A stretch of DNA of 64,000 bases from Somniosus microcephalus (lineage: Eukaryota), in contig CM126209.1 in NCBI GenBank assembly GCA_052327205.1, forward strand, positions 46,004,001 to 46,068,000, in the 5' to 3' direction. The notes beneath the pieces are model-generated. The model made no database searches, was not told the DNA's origin, and worked only from the letters and a program-made list of their open reading frames with translations. Positions 24,306 through 37,177 of the stretch are shown here, piece by piece; position 1 is the first letter of the stretch; each line of letters starts with the position of its first letter. Position numbers and translations under genes: made by a program.

Positions 24306-25185
24306 GGACACATATCCGCAGCATAACTAAGACCGCCTATTTCCATCTCCGTAACATCGACCATCTCCGCCCTTGCCTCAGCTCAGCTGCTGAAACCCTC
24401 GTCCATACCTCTAGACTTGGCTATTCCAACGCACTCCTGGCTGGCCTCCCACATTCTACCCTACGTAAACTTGAAGTCATCCAAAGCTCGGCTGCCCGTG
24501 TTCTAACTCGCACCAAGCCCCGTTCACCCATCACCCCTGTGCTCACTGACCTATATTGGCTCCCGGTTAAACAATAGCTCAATTTCAAAATTCTCAAACT
24601 TGTTTCCAAATCCCTCCATGGCCTCGCCCCTCCCTATCTCTCTAATCTCCTCCAGTCCCACAGCCCCCCGAGATATCTGCACTCCTCTAATTCTGCCCTC
24701 TTGCGCACCCCTGATTATAATCGCTCAACCATTGGCAGTGCCTTCTATTGCCTAGGCCCTAAGTTGTGGAGTTCCCTGCCTAAACCTCTCTACTTCTCTT
24801 CCCTCCTTTAAGACGCTCCTTAAAACCTACCTCTTTGATCATGCTTTTGGTCACCTGCCCTAATTTCTCCTTATGTGGCTTGGTGTCAAATCTTTTGTCT
24901 TTTAATACTCCTGTGAAGCGCCTTGGGACGTTTTTCCACATTAAAGGTGCTATATAAATGGTTAAACTCAACAGTATTCCAATATACTCTAAACCATGCC
25001 CTTTGCCAACTTGCATGGCTGCACCTAAGTTCACTGAGCTCAGGTAAGTGGCTTGAGACTGTGCACTCCATATCAGTCAAATGGAGACTTGATTTAGGTG
25101 GATTCCTCAATAACTGGATTTGGAGACTCAGGCTCTGCACTCAGTGTTAGGGTGTGGAGGAGGTCACACCTCTTGTGCGTATAAT

Positions 25186-25778
25186 GGCCTGTAATTTGCG
25201 GCCCCTACGGGCGCGTACGAGGTGCGTACCCGCCCGGAAGGGCCGTGCAAGTTCCGGGTTTTTGCACGCGATCCAACGCATCCCTGGGAAAAGGGCATCC
25301 GCGGGTGGAGAGTTGGGTTCTGCCCAGCGAACTCCTGTGAAATTGTTACGCCTGGTAAGGCCTGTTTTTACCAGCATAAGAGTTTGAAAAAAAATTATTT
25401 TTTAAAAATCATTTATACATTAAAAAACCTGTGCAATAAGGTAAGTTTATTTTTAGCCCCATTAAAACATTTACATTTATTCAAAATATTAAATTTTTGT
25501 TTTAAATATTTAATTAAATGGCATTTTAAATCTGTAATTTTTATTTATTTGATGTGTAGTTGTATTTTTTGGGGTGCTCCCATTCATGCTTATGGGGTTT
25601 CTGTACATATGCTGGTGAACTGGCTGCGCCTGGGATACGTGGGCCTCTACCTGCAGGTACCCGGAGAGGCCCAGGACCGCAAATCTCCATACCTTCTGGA
25701 CCACCAGGTAGGCGGGCATTTTATTTCCGGATCGGAGGCATTTCCCCGTGGGAAGCCTCCGACCGCAAATTCAGGGCC
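25186..25778 (+). mobile_element. GGCC-ended MITE (PIF/Harbinger/ISL2EU-like), copy 1
   Basis: TIR GGCCTGTAATTTGCGG / CCGCAAATTCAGGGCC, GC-rich arms and an AT-rich core. Shares CCCGTGGGAAGCCTCCGACC with the copy at 33476. Confidence 0.8.
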
Positions 25779-26039
25779 AAAAGCTTTAGTAGACTCCTGA
25801 GTTATATTGCCCCACTTCACATTGAGGTGAAAATAGCAATATAACTGCATCATTAAGCATGGTTTTCCTGCAATTCAAGCACCTAGCTGACCAAGAAAAA
25901 AGACATCACATGAGGCCATGAATGTTCCTGACCCCAGAGTATCCCATTCTGGTTAAAGGAAGGCAATACTGAGACATAGGAAGTGAAGGAAAAACAGAAT
26001 TTGTTTTCAAAGCTTTTAAAAAATAATTGTACTATTCTT

Positions 26040-26660
26040 GGATAAACAAGCATATGGGATCCTTGGCTTTACAAAAAGAGGCATGGAGTGCAAAAGCAAG
26101 GAGGTTATGTTAAACCTTTATAAATCACTAGCCAGGCCTCAGCTGGAGTGTTGTGTTTAATTCTGGTCACCACATCTCAGGAGGGTTGACAAGACCTTGG
26201 AGAGGGTGCAGAGGAGATTTACTAGAATGGAAGGGATAAGGGACTTCAGTTATGTGGAGAGATTAGAGAAGCTGGGATTGTTCTCTTTAGATAAGAAAAG
26301 GTTCAGGAGAGATTTAATTGAGGTGTTCAAAAGTTTGAGGGGTTTTGATAGGGTACATAAGGAGAAACTGTTTCCACTGGCAGGAGGGTCAATAAACAGA
26401 GAACACAGATTAAAAGTAATTAGCAAAAGAATCAGAGGGGAGATGAGAATTTTTTTACCCAGCGATTTTTTTTTTAATGATCTGGGATGCGCTGCCTGAA
26501 ACGGTGGTGGAATCATGTACAGTAGTAACTTTCAAAAGGGAATTGGGTAAATACTTGAAAAGGAAAATTTGCAGGGGAATGGGACTAATTGGATAGCTCT
26601 TTCAAAGAGCCGGCAAAGGCACGATGGGCCGAATGCCCTCCTTCTGTGCTCTGATTCTAT
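26040..26660 (+). mobile_element. CR1 LINE 3' end
   Basis: Reads LERVQRRFTRM..YVERLEKLGLFSL..RRDLIEVFK, followed by a CR1 3' UTR. Confidence 0.85.
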
Positions 26661-27679
26661 AAGCAATAATAAATTTCAAAGTTAACCATATTTTCTTTCA
26701 TTTTACATTTTGCTATTTCTCTTAACATTTAAAAAAAAGTTATTTACTTCCTCTCTTTCACATAGTTTCTCTGACTCCGTTTTTCTTTCCAGCTTTATCT
26801 TTGTTCCTCTGCTTTTTTTCCCGATGGTCTCCTTTCTTCCTTTCACCTAATTTCTTGTATGTTGTTCTGTCAACCGTTACCTCATGCATATTACAAATAT
26901 ATTTTTGTTTCCATCTCTTTTATTTTCCTCAGGCCTTTCTTTTGTCTAATTTCCAGCCAACTATTCTTCTCCTGTGCCCTGTCGTGTCCAAGCAGAACTG
27001 TACCTGGAGCCATGTGGATCATGACTTTGGGTCAATAGCAATGTGGCCAGTTCAGATCCAAAGTTAATCACATTTCAGTTGGGTTTAAAAGTGTTTTTTT
27101 TTTTCTGGAGAGCCTGTTATTTTAACTGCAATTATTACAATTGTGATACATTTAATTCCTATCTTGATTGGAAAAAGTGATGGTGAATAGGAAACAAAGG
27201 GAAAAGAATTGGCTCTAGTGGTTGCATTTTATTGACATGCGGGCATTTTCTGCTTGGCCACTGAATGATGAAAAATTATCACCAGTTTTCGTATCTGGAG
27301 CACTTGCCTACCAGCTATAACCCAACTATCCACTTTTCAAACAAGTTTGTCTTTTTAGGGCATTCTGCATCCTGATTATTCCGCGATCACCTGGCATCCC
27401 TCTGGACTAACTCCAAATACCAACAGATATTTTTAATTTAATTTGCAACCTTTTCAGGGCATATCTCATGGAATAGAAGGAATGGCATCCTCTGGTGGTG
27501 AAAGAGTAATGGTACAAGCTGAAATTCTCAATTCTTGGTTAATAACACTTGACAGACGATTTTGACTGAGTATTTAGTTCAAATTTACTTTTGTTTTGAA
27601 AAAAGTAGCTTACTTTAAAAATAAGGCTTTATTATCCAGAAATCACAGAAAATTACTGTTGTATCATCCTTCTGCTGCC

Positions 27680-27890
27680 AAGGCCCTTAGCTCTGGAATT
27701 CCCTCCCTAAACCTCTCTACCTCTCTACCTCTCTTTCCTCCTTTAAGACGCTCCTTAAAACCTACCTCTTTGACCAAAGATCTGCCCTAATATCTCATGT
27801 GGCTCGGTGTCAAATTTTGTTTCATAACGCTCCTGTGAAGCATCTTGGGACATTTTACTAAGTTAAAGGCGCTTACAAGTTGTTGTTCTT
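27680..27890 (+). mobile_element. L2 3' tail fragment
   Basis: Near-identical to 24750-24960. Confidence 0.75.
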
Positions 27891-29154
27891 GTGGTATTAA
27901 AGCAATTCCACATGACAACATGCTTTGGTGAACTCAAAGAATGCCATATTGAAGTGAAGCCTTTTAGAAAAACTCACCTTATTTTAGTTTGTAGATTGTC
28001 ACTAAGCTGTCAGTTTCACAACTAAAAATATCAGCGTTTAACCCCAAATGTTCATTTTTCTCACATCAGTGAAGAAATGCAAGAAAACCGGTCTGTCTTC
28101 TACTTTGTGCAGTTACTGAGGCCCAGCCTCATGTCACTTCTGGCGCTGTGCTCCTTTTGCGAATGCACGGATTGCAAGTATTTGAGTGTTTGGAGGGAGT
28201 CATTTCAGTAAAATTAAATTGTAAAATCAAATTGGGAATGCCTACTTAGCATTTCAAGTACAATTATCAGCAGAGATATGGCAGTAAAATGAATTCCAAA
28301 CATCAGCCCAATATTGTGAAGAAGAGAAACAATGGTACTGCTGCTAACAAATGCTAACTGGAAAATAGAAAGCATTATTCTAGTTTGGTTGGTTTGTTGA
28401 GGGCTCCCTCATTAGAGAAGAGGTTCCTTTAGCAGCGCATTATAAATTGCACAGGTTCTCTCTCATCTCTTTGGGGTGTTTGTGAATTCCCTCACGAAGG
28501 TTCCAACTAATCTATAATTCTATTTTAAGTAGTTATTCTGCAATTAGAAAAAATATAACAGAGACAAAAAGAATATCTGAGGGCAATGGTCTTAACTTAG
28601 ATAACTGCATCCAGTACCTTGCTCTGATAAATACAATTGCACCATAGAATCATTTTTTTAAATTTCAGAAACAGCTGGAGGAAAGCATTAACCTTTGAAA
28701 TTACAAGCCACATAATTTGTAATAATTACGATCAGATCACCCATACATTCCCATTTCCAGAAATAATATCACACTTCAACCACTTGAGGGCAGCACAATC
28801 ACTTACGAAAAGTCTCTCTTGTGACACATACTAGCTGCAGCCTAGTAAGAAAAATATGTTATTTTGTCAACACAGAAGTAATTAGTATCAATAGAGGGAG
28901 AGAATAGACTTTAATTCCTTGGCTCAAAGTGCATGTGACATGCTTAGAGTTCCATGTTCAGGGAATATTGCAGTTTTCTGGCATGTTTTAATTTGTTTCT
29001 AAAAAGCAGTTTGTGCTCAAGGTTGCAAAAACAGCAGTAAGTGGATTAGTGAAAACACAGACTGAAAAAAGCTGGATCTTTGATAGCCAACTCACCACAG
29101 TATTATTGTGGTCTTTAATTAAGAAATTAAAAAATGTCTAATTGCATACTAGAA

Positions 29155-29465
29155 AGAAGAAATAATTTGCATTTATATAGCACCTTACCGTGTCTTCAGG
29201 ATGCTCCACCTACAATTAATTACTTTTGAACTGTAGTCTGTTAGGTAGATAAATATTGCAACTAATTTGTATACAGTAACAGTAAATGAAATGATCCCAC
29301 CAATAGTAAATGAAATGAATAACAAGTTGATTTTTTTTTAGTGGTGTTTGTTAAGGGAAGAATGTTGGCCAGGACCTGGGATGAACTCCTTGGGCCAGGT
29401 CATGGGATGAATTCCTTGCCTTTTTTGAATAGTACCATGGGATCTTTCTACATCCACCTGAACTT
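29155..29465 (-). mobile_element. Deu-domain SINE (SacSINE1/AmnSINE1-like), degenerate
   Basis: TTGCATTTATATAGCACC tail and CCATGGGATCTTTCTACATCCACCTGA core. Confidence 0.6.
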
Positions 29466-29469
29466 AACG

Positions 29470-30340
29470 TACATTTCTAAATGCTGGAATTAGAGGGATT
29501 AAAAAGTCCCAGGAAGTAATAGTGAGCTTGTATTGAGCACTTGTTCTGCCCCACCTGGAGCACTGTGGACAGTTTTGGTCACTGTACAGTGGAGACATTT
29601 GGACAGGGTACAGAGGAGAGCAACCAAATTCATACCAGGGAGTGAGCCGCTAAGCTCCCAAGAGAAACTCAAAGTTGGGATTACACTGGAGACGGGAAGG
29701 GCTGTTGAACATGAAGAGGGTGAATTTGGTGGAAAAGCCACAGAAATCCCTACAAAATCGCAGGAACAATGGTGGAAAGAGAATCCATTCTAGCTTTTTA
29801 AAGGGAAGTGGATAAATATTGGGGAAAAAAACATTTTCAAAGGGCATGGGGGCAAAGGTCAGGGGTTGGAACAAACTGGATAACTTTTTCAGAGAACAGT
29901 CATAGATGTAGTAGGCCTCCTTCTACAGTATATCGTAAAGTTCTCAGATCTAAGGCTCAGTGAAGACAGTAGCAACGTTTTCAGGCTCCTAAGGGGTATA
30001 GTTAAAGTGAACCATAAAATTGTTTGATATAACCACAAATGTTTTAACCGGGGAGAGGGGGAGGGATGCCTTATGCTGAAAACAGAGGAGTTGCACAGAC
30101 AATTAGATTTACTTACTTCACACAGATGGTGGGGAATGTGTCGAACATGCTGCCCAGGAAGACCATGTAGGCAGACAGTATAACTAATTCAAGATGGAGC
30201 TGGGTTTTCTTTTTTGGTGCAAGAAGCTTTTGAGGGATGTAAGAAATAGTGTGTAATATTTTTTGAACTCGAGACTAGCCAGATGGATCACGTGGTCTTT
30301 ACCAGTCTGCACATTTCTATGTTCCTACATTCCTATGGTC
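29470..30340 (+). mobile_element. Old CR1 3' fragments
   Basis: Reads LDRVQRRATKFIPG, with degenerate CR1 3' UTRs. Confidence 0.55.
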
Positions 30341-30807
30341 AACTGCAAATGTTGTTTTAAAAATCAGATTTGTACTTGAGTGAATTCAATTTCTTGTCAT
30401 CTGACAATATCAGTTATTACAGTTGCTATTGTTTGATGTTGCTTTACAGCATTAACTTTCAGGTATTCGGCTGCATTTTACTGAGTTTTGGGACAGGATG
30501 TGTATTCATATAGAGTATAATGTACAGAAGAAAAATATTTCATGTAAGCAGTGAAACCAGTCTGTTACAGAAATACAGTTAAGGTGGAGGATTTACTCTC
30601 CAGAATTACTCCCTACTTTAATTACCCCTGTTATTGTGTTCATCATCATCATTTCATGAAAATTAGAAACTTCTGGCATTTAGTAAAATTTCTAATTGTT
30701 GGTGAGTTTGTCTGCTCATCTCGGTGACAGATGTCAATGCCGTAGAATGAGCACTTTTTCATTTTTGGGACCCAGTGCCAGCATCAACAACAACTTGCTT
30801 TTATATA

Positions 30808-31127
30808 AGAAAGAACGACTTGCATTTATATAGCGCCTTTCATGACCACCAGACATCTCAAAGCGCTTTACAGCCAATGGAGTACTTTTGGAGTGTAGTC
30901 ACTGTTGTAATGTAGGAAACATGGCAGCCAATTTGCACACAGCAAGCTCCTACAAACAGCAATGTGATAATAACCAGATAATCTGTTTTTGTTATGTTGA
31001 TTGAGGGATAAATATTGGCCAGGAGACTGGGGAGCACTACCCTGCTCTTCGAAATAGTGTCAGGGGATCTTTTACATCCACCTGAGAGAGCAGACGAGGC
31101 TTCGGTTTAACGTCTCATCCGAAAGAT
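30808..31127 (-). mobile_element. Deu-domain SINE (SacSINE1-like)
   Basis: On the minus strand: TCTTTCGGATGAGACGTTAAACCGA..CAGGTGGATGTAAAAGATCCC..AAAGGCGCTATATAAATGCAAGTC. Confidence 0.8.
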
Positions 31128-31194
31128 GAGAAGTTAAAGCAAAGAATATTGTGCCTTTTAACGTAGTAAAACATTGCAAAGTGCTTCTTACAGT

Positions 31195-31885
31195 AACAAC
31201 AACAACTTGTATTTATATAGCGCCTTTAACATAGTAAAACATCCCAAGGCGCTTCACAGGAGTATTATAAGACACAAAATTTGACACCGAGCCACATAAG
31301 GAGAAATTAGGGCAGATGACCAAAAGCTTGGTCAAAGAGGTAGATTTTAAGGAGCATCTTAATGGAGGAAAGAGAGGTGGAGAGTTGGAGAGGTTTAGGC
31401 AGGGAATTCCAGAGCTTAGGGCTTAGGCAACAGAATGCACGGCCACCAGTGGTTGAGCGATTATAATCAGGGATGCTCAAGAGGGCAGAATTAGAGGAGC
31501 GCAGATATCTCGGGGGTTGTGGGGCTGAAGGAGATTAGAGATAGGGAAGGGCGAGGCCATGGAGGGATTTGAAAACAAGGATGAGAATTTTGAAATCAAG
31601 GTATTGCTTAACCGGGAGCTAATGTAGATCAGCAACCACAGGGGTAATGGGTGAACGGGACTTGGTGTGAGTTAGGACAAGGGCAGCGAGTTTTGGATGA
31701 CCTCAAGTTTACGTAGGGTAGAATGTGGGAGGCCAGCCAGGAGTGCGTTGGAATAGTCAAGTCTAGAGGTAACAAAGGCATGGATGAGGGTTTCAGCAGC
31801 GGATGAGATGAGGCAAGGGTGGAGATGGGCGATGTTACGGAGGTGGAAATAAGCGGTCTTAGTTATGCTGTGGATATGTGGTCAT
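31195..31885 (-). mobile_element. L2 LINE 3' fragment, well preserved
   Basis: Reverse complement of 24308-24960, with a (TTG)n tail. Confidence 0.85.
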
Positions 31886-33475
31886 AAGGGAGGCGTAAGG
31901 GAGAAAATGGATGCCAAGCCAATCGAGTACTCACAGTCAGATATACTATGGTTAGATACAGAATAAAACACTGTCTTCTCTGCCACAGCAATTTGCTTTA
32001 ACCTCTCTAACAAAAGGATGCATTATTATATGCGATATTTTTTCACTTTCCATGGCAGCCATCTTTATGGTATCAGTCTGATACCCAATTTAGTGCCAAT
32101 GTATTATTAACAGCCACAAAGGACCAGATTGAGAATGTCTCAAACCTAGTTTATGTAAGCTTCTAACAGACTTCAGAGAGAGGAATTTGGACCTGCTTTT
32201 AAGCCGGGCACCAGAAGATAAAGGATAGTGTCTAAACACATTGTTCTGTCCAACATGACTGTGTTTAATAACATTGCTTTGGTCTTTCTACTATATTTGG
32301 AATTTGTAGGTACTGTTTCATACTTGTCATTTTTAGGACATGCCTTTAACTGTGAGGATTGTTGAGTGCAACTTAATCTACTTCTATACATAATACCAAA
32401 TTTCAGATTTTGACATTTATGATACATGATGTTGAAGAAAAAACAAGATTTAAAAAAAATTGCTTCATCTATAATGTTGCATATCTACTATGTTAATGTT
32501 ATATTTATCTGTATATGCAAACATTTTGAGATGTATCTAGTATGCTCCCGGTCTCATTCTGGCACTATATGGATATTTCTGTCACATTTTTAAAAACGTA
32601 TTAAAAAAAAAAGCCACTTATTTCAATCAAATGGGAAACTTCCCTATCAACAGAAAAGACCTTCTAATTCATGTCAGCAGTTACACTTACAGTATTAAAC
32701 AAAGGAGAATGAAAGCCGTCATTTTGTGCTGGTTTCCGTTAGCCTCTAATTGATGGTAGGAAATATCTAAGAGCAATTAACATCTAAATGACCTCAGGGA
32801 AGGCACAGCAATTAGACCTTCTGGCCTAATGGGAAAACGCTAAGTTACACACAGGTGCACATTTCTAGCAGACTATTACAATGTGTGTTGCATGGTATAA
32901 AGCCGCTATCTTTATGAAACAGCGTATCCTTTCAATTACCCTGAGCTATATCGCGCGATGTTCACTAGGATGTATAAAGGTTTGAGTATGTCCATCACAC
33001 TTCATGTGTCACACTTTGTCACGCATACAGATTTCTACTACAAGCTGTTAAAAAAAAGTACAAAACTGAAAAGAAAGCCAGTCAGTTCTTGTTGGTTTCT
33101 TTGCACCTTGGGGAGAAGTTAGGGATTTACAAACAGCTGCAGTCTACAGAAGGACTTGTCCAGCACAGTCAATACTCTCCGATTGACCTTCGAATTTGCC
33201 CAAGAGTAATTCATCACTAATTGGCCTCAGAATGTGCCTATTTACAGCAATTATATCAGTAGCCTCAAAAGGAAAAAACAGGTTACACACATCTCCATTG
33301 TTTGTGTCAGAACAATACATGCTTCATTATGTTGTATAATACTCCCATCCTTATAAACCAATATATTGCCTTATTTACCATCAGCAATATTACAGGAGAT
33401 GTGCTAGTATATTAAAAATAACCTGGTGACCCAGTTATGCTGCAGTTTTTGTATTGATGTGACACCAACCATACT

Positions 33476-34238
33476 GGCCCAGAAATTCGGGTCCCAACGC
33501 GTGAGTACGCACGGGGTACTCACGCGTAGGCCCAATGAAAGTGCCGGTTTCATGCATGCACTGCGCATGCGTGGGAAACCGGCACTTTCGTTCCCCTGAA
33601 AGAAGGGGTTGACAGGTCGAACGCGTGCGCCAGAGAGGCAGCGCGTGCGCATCGAACTTACGTTTCTTTTGCAGGTTTTTCTGGGAGGGTAAGTCTCCAG
33701 CAGTTACACTTTTAAAAAGCAGGCGCAAGGCCTGCTTTTAACAAGGTAAGTGGTGAATTAATTAAAATTAAAACATTTTTTCCACAGGTTTATTATTTTT
33801 AAATACTTTAAAGAAAGGTAAATTTATTTTTAGCCCTGTTAGAAAATAAAATTAATTTTTTCAAAAATTTAAATTATTGTTTAAAATAGTTATTTCATGT
33901 AATTTATAGTTATTTTAAAAATGTGATTTAAAAAAAAATTTATTTGAAGTTTTAGTGATGTTTTGGGGCTTATAGTATTTATAGGTTTGACAGCTCTTCC
34001 TGTCAAACTTATGAATGAAGCATTCCCTGCTACCATTGGCTCACCATGGCCCACGTGATCCCAGGGGACGCATCGAACTAACTGCGCCCCCGGGATACGC
34101 AAGCACTGCGCGCCGGCAGTTGGAGGAGGCCCAGGATCGGAATCCCACACGGGCCCACAGCTCAACGGCTGGCACGCTAGGTAAGTGCAGGTCAGAGGCT
34201 TGCACCCGTGGGAAGCCTCCGACCCGAATTTTTGGGCC
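33476..34238 (+). mobile_element. GGCC-ended MITE, copy 2
   Basis: 18-bp TIR GGCCCAGAAATTCGGGTC / GACCCGAATTTTTGGGCC (1 mismatch) and a subterminal hairpin at 33497-33527. Confidence 0.85.
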
Positions 34239-34907
34239 ATTGTATTGATGCTGTAATATACCTTGGGAGTGAATTTTTGCCAAACTGCCAGCATTAACTT
34301 TTAGCAAGGTTACCGTGAGAAGGTAATCTCTCACCACTTTGGCTTCACATTGGCTGCAGTATAACTACAGATGATGCAGAGAGAACTCCAACTTTTAACT
34401 TTAAACCTTAAATGTTACTGAAAAGTTAACTGTCCCATTAACTCATCACTAATGTTAAAAATGTAACTGGCATGTGGACACCAATAAGTCAAGTTCTCCG
34501 CATGCATGTAAATAGGTCCACAAGTTTACTGAAGGTTGATTGATGATTCGCTCTCAATCATATAGTAATTTGCAAGTGCTATAGTCACAAAGGTTGTATA
34601 AAGATCTTAACTGATTTAAGTTGTACACTACAAAATTACACTATAGCATTTTTTCTCTAACATTAAGATGTCTGCTACAGTTAGCAGTTGGGCGCTTTTG
34701 TTTTCAATCTGAATCCAAGAATGAATCACATAGATGGGGGATTTGGGAACTCAGAGGTTATACCATTGCAACACTATGGGACAAGGGAAACATATTTAAC
34801 AGGAAGCCCCCTTCAAAAGTCGTTCATGTAATCTATGCCACATGAGTTTAGGGAAAATAAGCACTTAAACTAAATGTGTAGAAGTGATTTTGATCCTGAA
34901 TGCTGTA

Positions 34908-35017
34908 AAAGAAAGACAGACTTGCATTTATATAGCGCCTTTCATGACCACCGGACGTCACAAAGCACTTTACAGCCAATGAAGTACTTTTGGAGTGTAG
35001 TCACTGTTGTAATGTAA
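34908..35017 (-). mobile_element. Deu-SINE 3' tail fragment
   Basis: Near-identical to 30808-30915. Confidence 0.75.
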
Positions 35018-36003
35018 AGCCATATAGGGCATAAAAGCAATTCCTGAGCGAGAAAATATAAACATCAGCTACTACACCCATGTGCAGACCTTCCACTGAG
35101 CTACAACTGCTGAGTTATTTACTCACTGGGACTTATGTTTTAATGTTACCATAGCTTAGAAATCACAATAAACATCACCTTCTTAGGGCAACCAAGGATC
35201 ACATTTTGGGATCTTCTGAACATTTTTCCACAGAAAGGATTTGGAAAAATAATTTAAAATGTTGTGTTTTAAAGCATAGTGTAGTCATACAAGTTAAAAA
35301 AGGGAACTGATAGATGGTTAAATGCTAATGAGTTAAGATTTGATGTTGTTCCCCTAAAGACTGTAAACAATGAGCAACCCATTAGCCTGTCTTGGCAATC
35401 AAAGTACAGTAACTTACACCTATTGTGTTAGGAAGTCATTGGTTTCTTTCTGGCTTTGAACAGAGGAAGGCAAAAAATAAAGGCAGGACACTGGTGGTTA
35501 GCCAGGTCTTCTAACAGAAAACTACAAGGGCAAGCTTTGGCCAATCAGAAGTAGCATGCAGGAGAGTAGTTAGGAATTATTTTGTTCAAGTCAAAGATGA
35601 CCCACCGATGTGGGGAAGCGTTGGATTGTTAATTATTACGCAAAGAGAAGCTGTACTGATTGAAAGGAGTGACTCTGAGCATAATTGTTCATTTATATGT
35701 TCTCATGCTGTGAAATAAAGCAGCTTAACGATTCATATCTGGGATCATCTTACCAAGTGTATTGTTGACCTGCCTTTGAAAGGATTGAAGAAGCATGGAG
35801 CAAAATGCACAAATATCCAGTACAGATCTAAGGGGGTCCTATTGTTGCATCCCTGGTTTATGTGGTTAGATATTGGGTAGAATGGACACAACCCTTAACA
35901 TAAGATGCCAGATTACTTAAGAGTGACTAGAACTGCTGTACCCGAGATAATATCTTAGGTATAAACCTAGACTTATTACTATACCACATGTGCAAACCTG
36001 TAT

Positions 36004-36872
36004 GATTTGGACAGGTTGGGTGATTGGGCAGAAGCATGGCAGATGCAGTATAATGTGGATAAATGCGAGGTTATCCACTTTGGTGGCAAAAACAGGAAGG
36101 CAGATTATTATCTGAATGGCAATAGATTGGGAGAAGGGGAAGTGCAACGAGACCTGGGTGTCCTTGTGCACCAGTCGCTGAAGGTAAGCATGTAGGTGCA
36201 GCAGGCGGTTAAGAAGGCAAATGGTATGTTGACCTTCGTAGCGAGAGGGTTCGAGTACAGGAACAAGGATGTCTTGCTGCAGTTGTACAGGGCCTTGGTG
36301 AGGCCACACCTTGAGTATTGTGTGCAGTTTTGGTCGCCTTATCTGAGGAAGGATGTTCTTGCCATGGAGGGAGTGCAGCAAAGATTCACCAGACTGATAC
36401 CTGGGATGGCAGGAATGACGTATGAGGAGAGATTGGGTCGATTGGGCTTATACTTGCTGGAGTTTAGAAGAATGAGGGGGGATCTCATTGAAACTTATAA
36501 AATTCTCACAGGACTGGACAGACTGGATGCAGGAAGGATGTTCCCGATGGCTGGGGAGTCCAGAACCAGGGGTCACAGGCTAAGGATAAGGGGTAAGCCA
36601 TTTAGGACAGAGATGAGGAGGAATTTCTTCACCCAGAGAGTGGTGAACCTGTGGAATTCTCTACCACAGAAGGCAGTGGAGGCCAATTCATGAAATATAT
36701 TCAAGAAGGAGTTGGGTATATTTCTTAAGGCTAAAGGGATCAAGGGATATGGAGAAAAGGCAGGGACAGGGTACTGAATTTGGATGATCAGCCATGATCT
36801 CATTGAATGGCGGAGCAGGCTCGAGGGGCCGAATGGCCTACTCCTGCTCCTATCTTCTATGTTTCTATGTTT
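36004..36872 (+). mobile_element. CR1 LINE 3' end
   Basis: Reads DLDRLGDWAEAWQMQYNVDKC..RPHLEYCVQFWSP..NLWNSLP with premature stops; (TTCTATGT)n tail. Confidence 0.93.
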
Positions 36873-37177
36873 CCTACTGAGTTACAGCCACTGAGTTATT
36901 CACTCACTGGGATTTTTGTTTTAATGTTACCACAGTGTGGCAATCACAATAAAAACCATCTTCTCAGAGCAACTAGGTATGGGCAATAAATGTGGCCTTG
37001 GCAGTATCACCCACATCCTGAGAACATTTTTTTTAAAGTATGTGGCAGTCCTTGTAGCAATAAAACAGCTGTCACATGTAAGTCAGCCAGGCACCCAGGC
37101 ACCCACCAATCTTAGCCAGGGGAAAAAATAAATAAATAAATAAATAGAGGGTATGTCATGGCGAGCTAAGACACAAT

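Larger units (their letters stand above)
22860..24960 (+). mobile_element. L2 LINE 3' part (22860-23009 + 24308-24960) split by a CR1/L2-group LINE
   Basis: Reads GKTEAIVFSP..VRNLDVIFDPEMS, then [24 protein letters not shown]. Tail GGTGCTATATAAATG. Confidence 0.85.
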
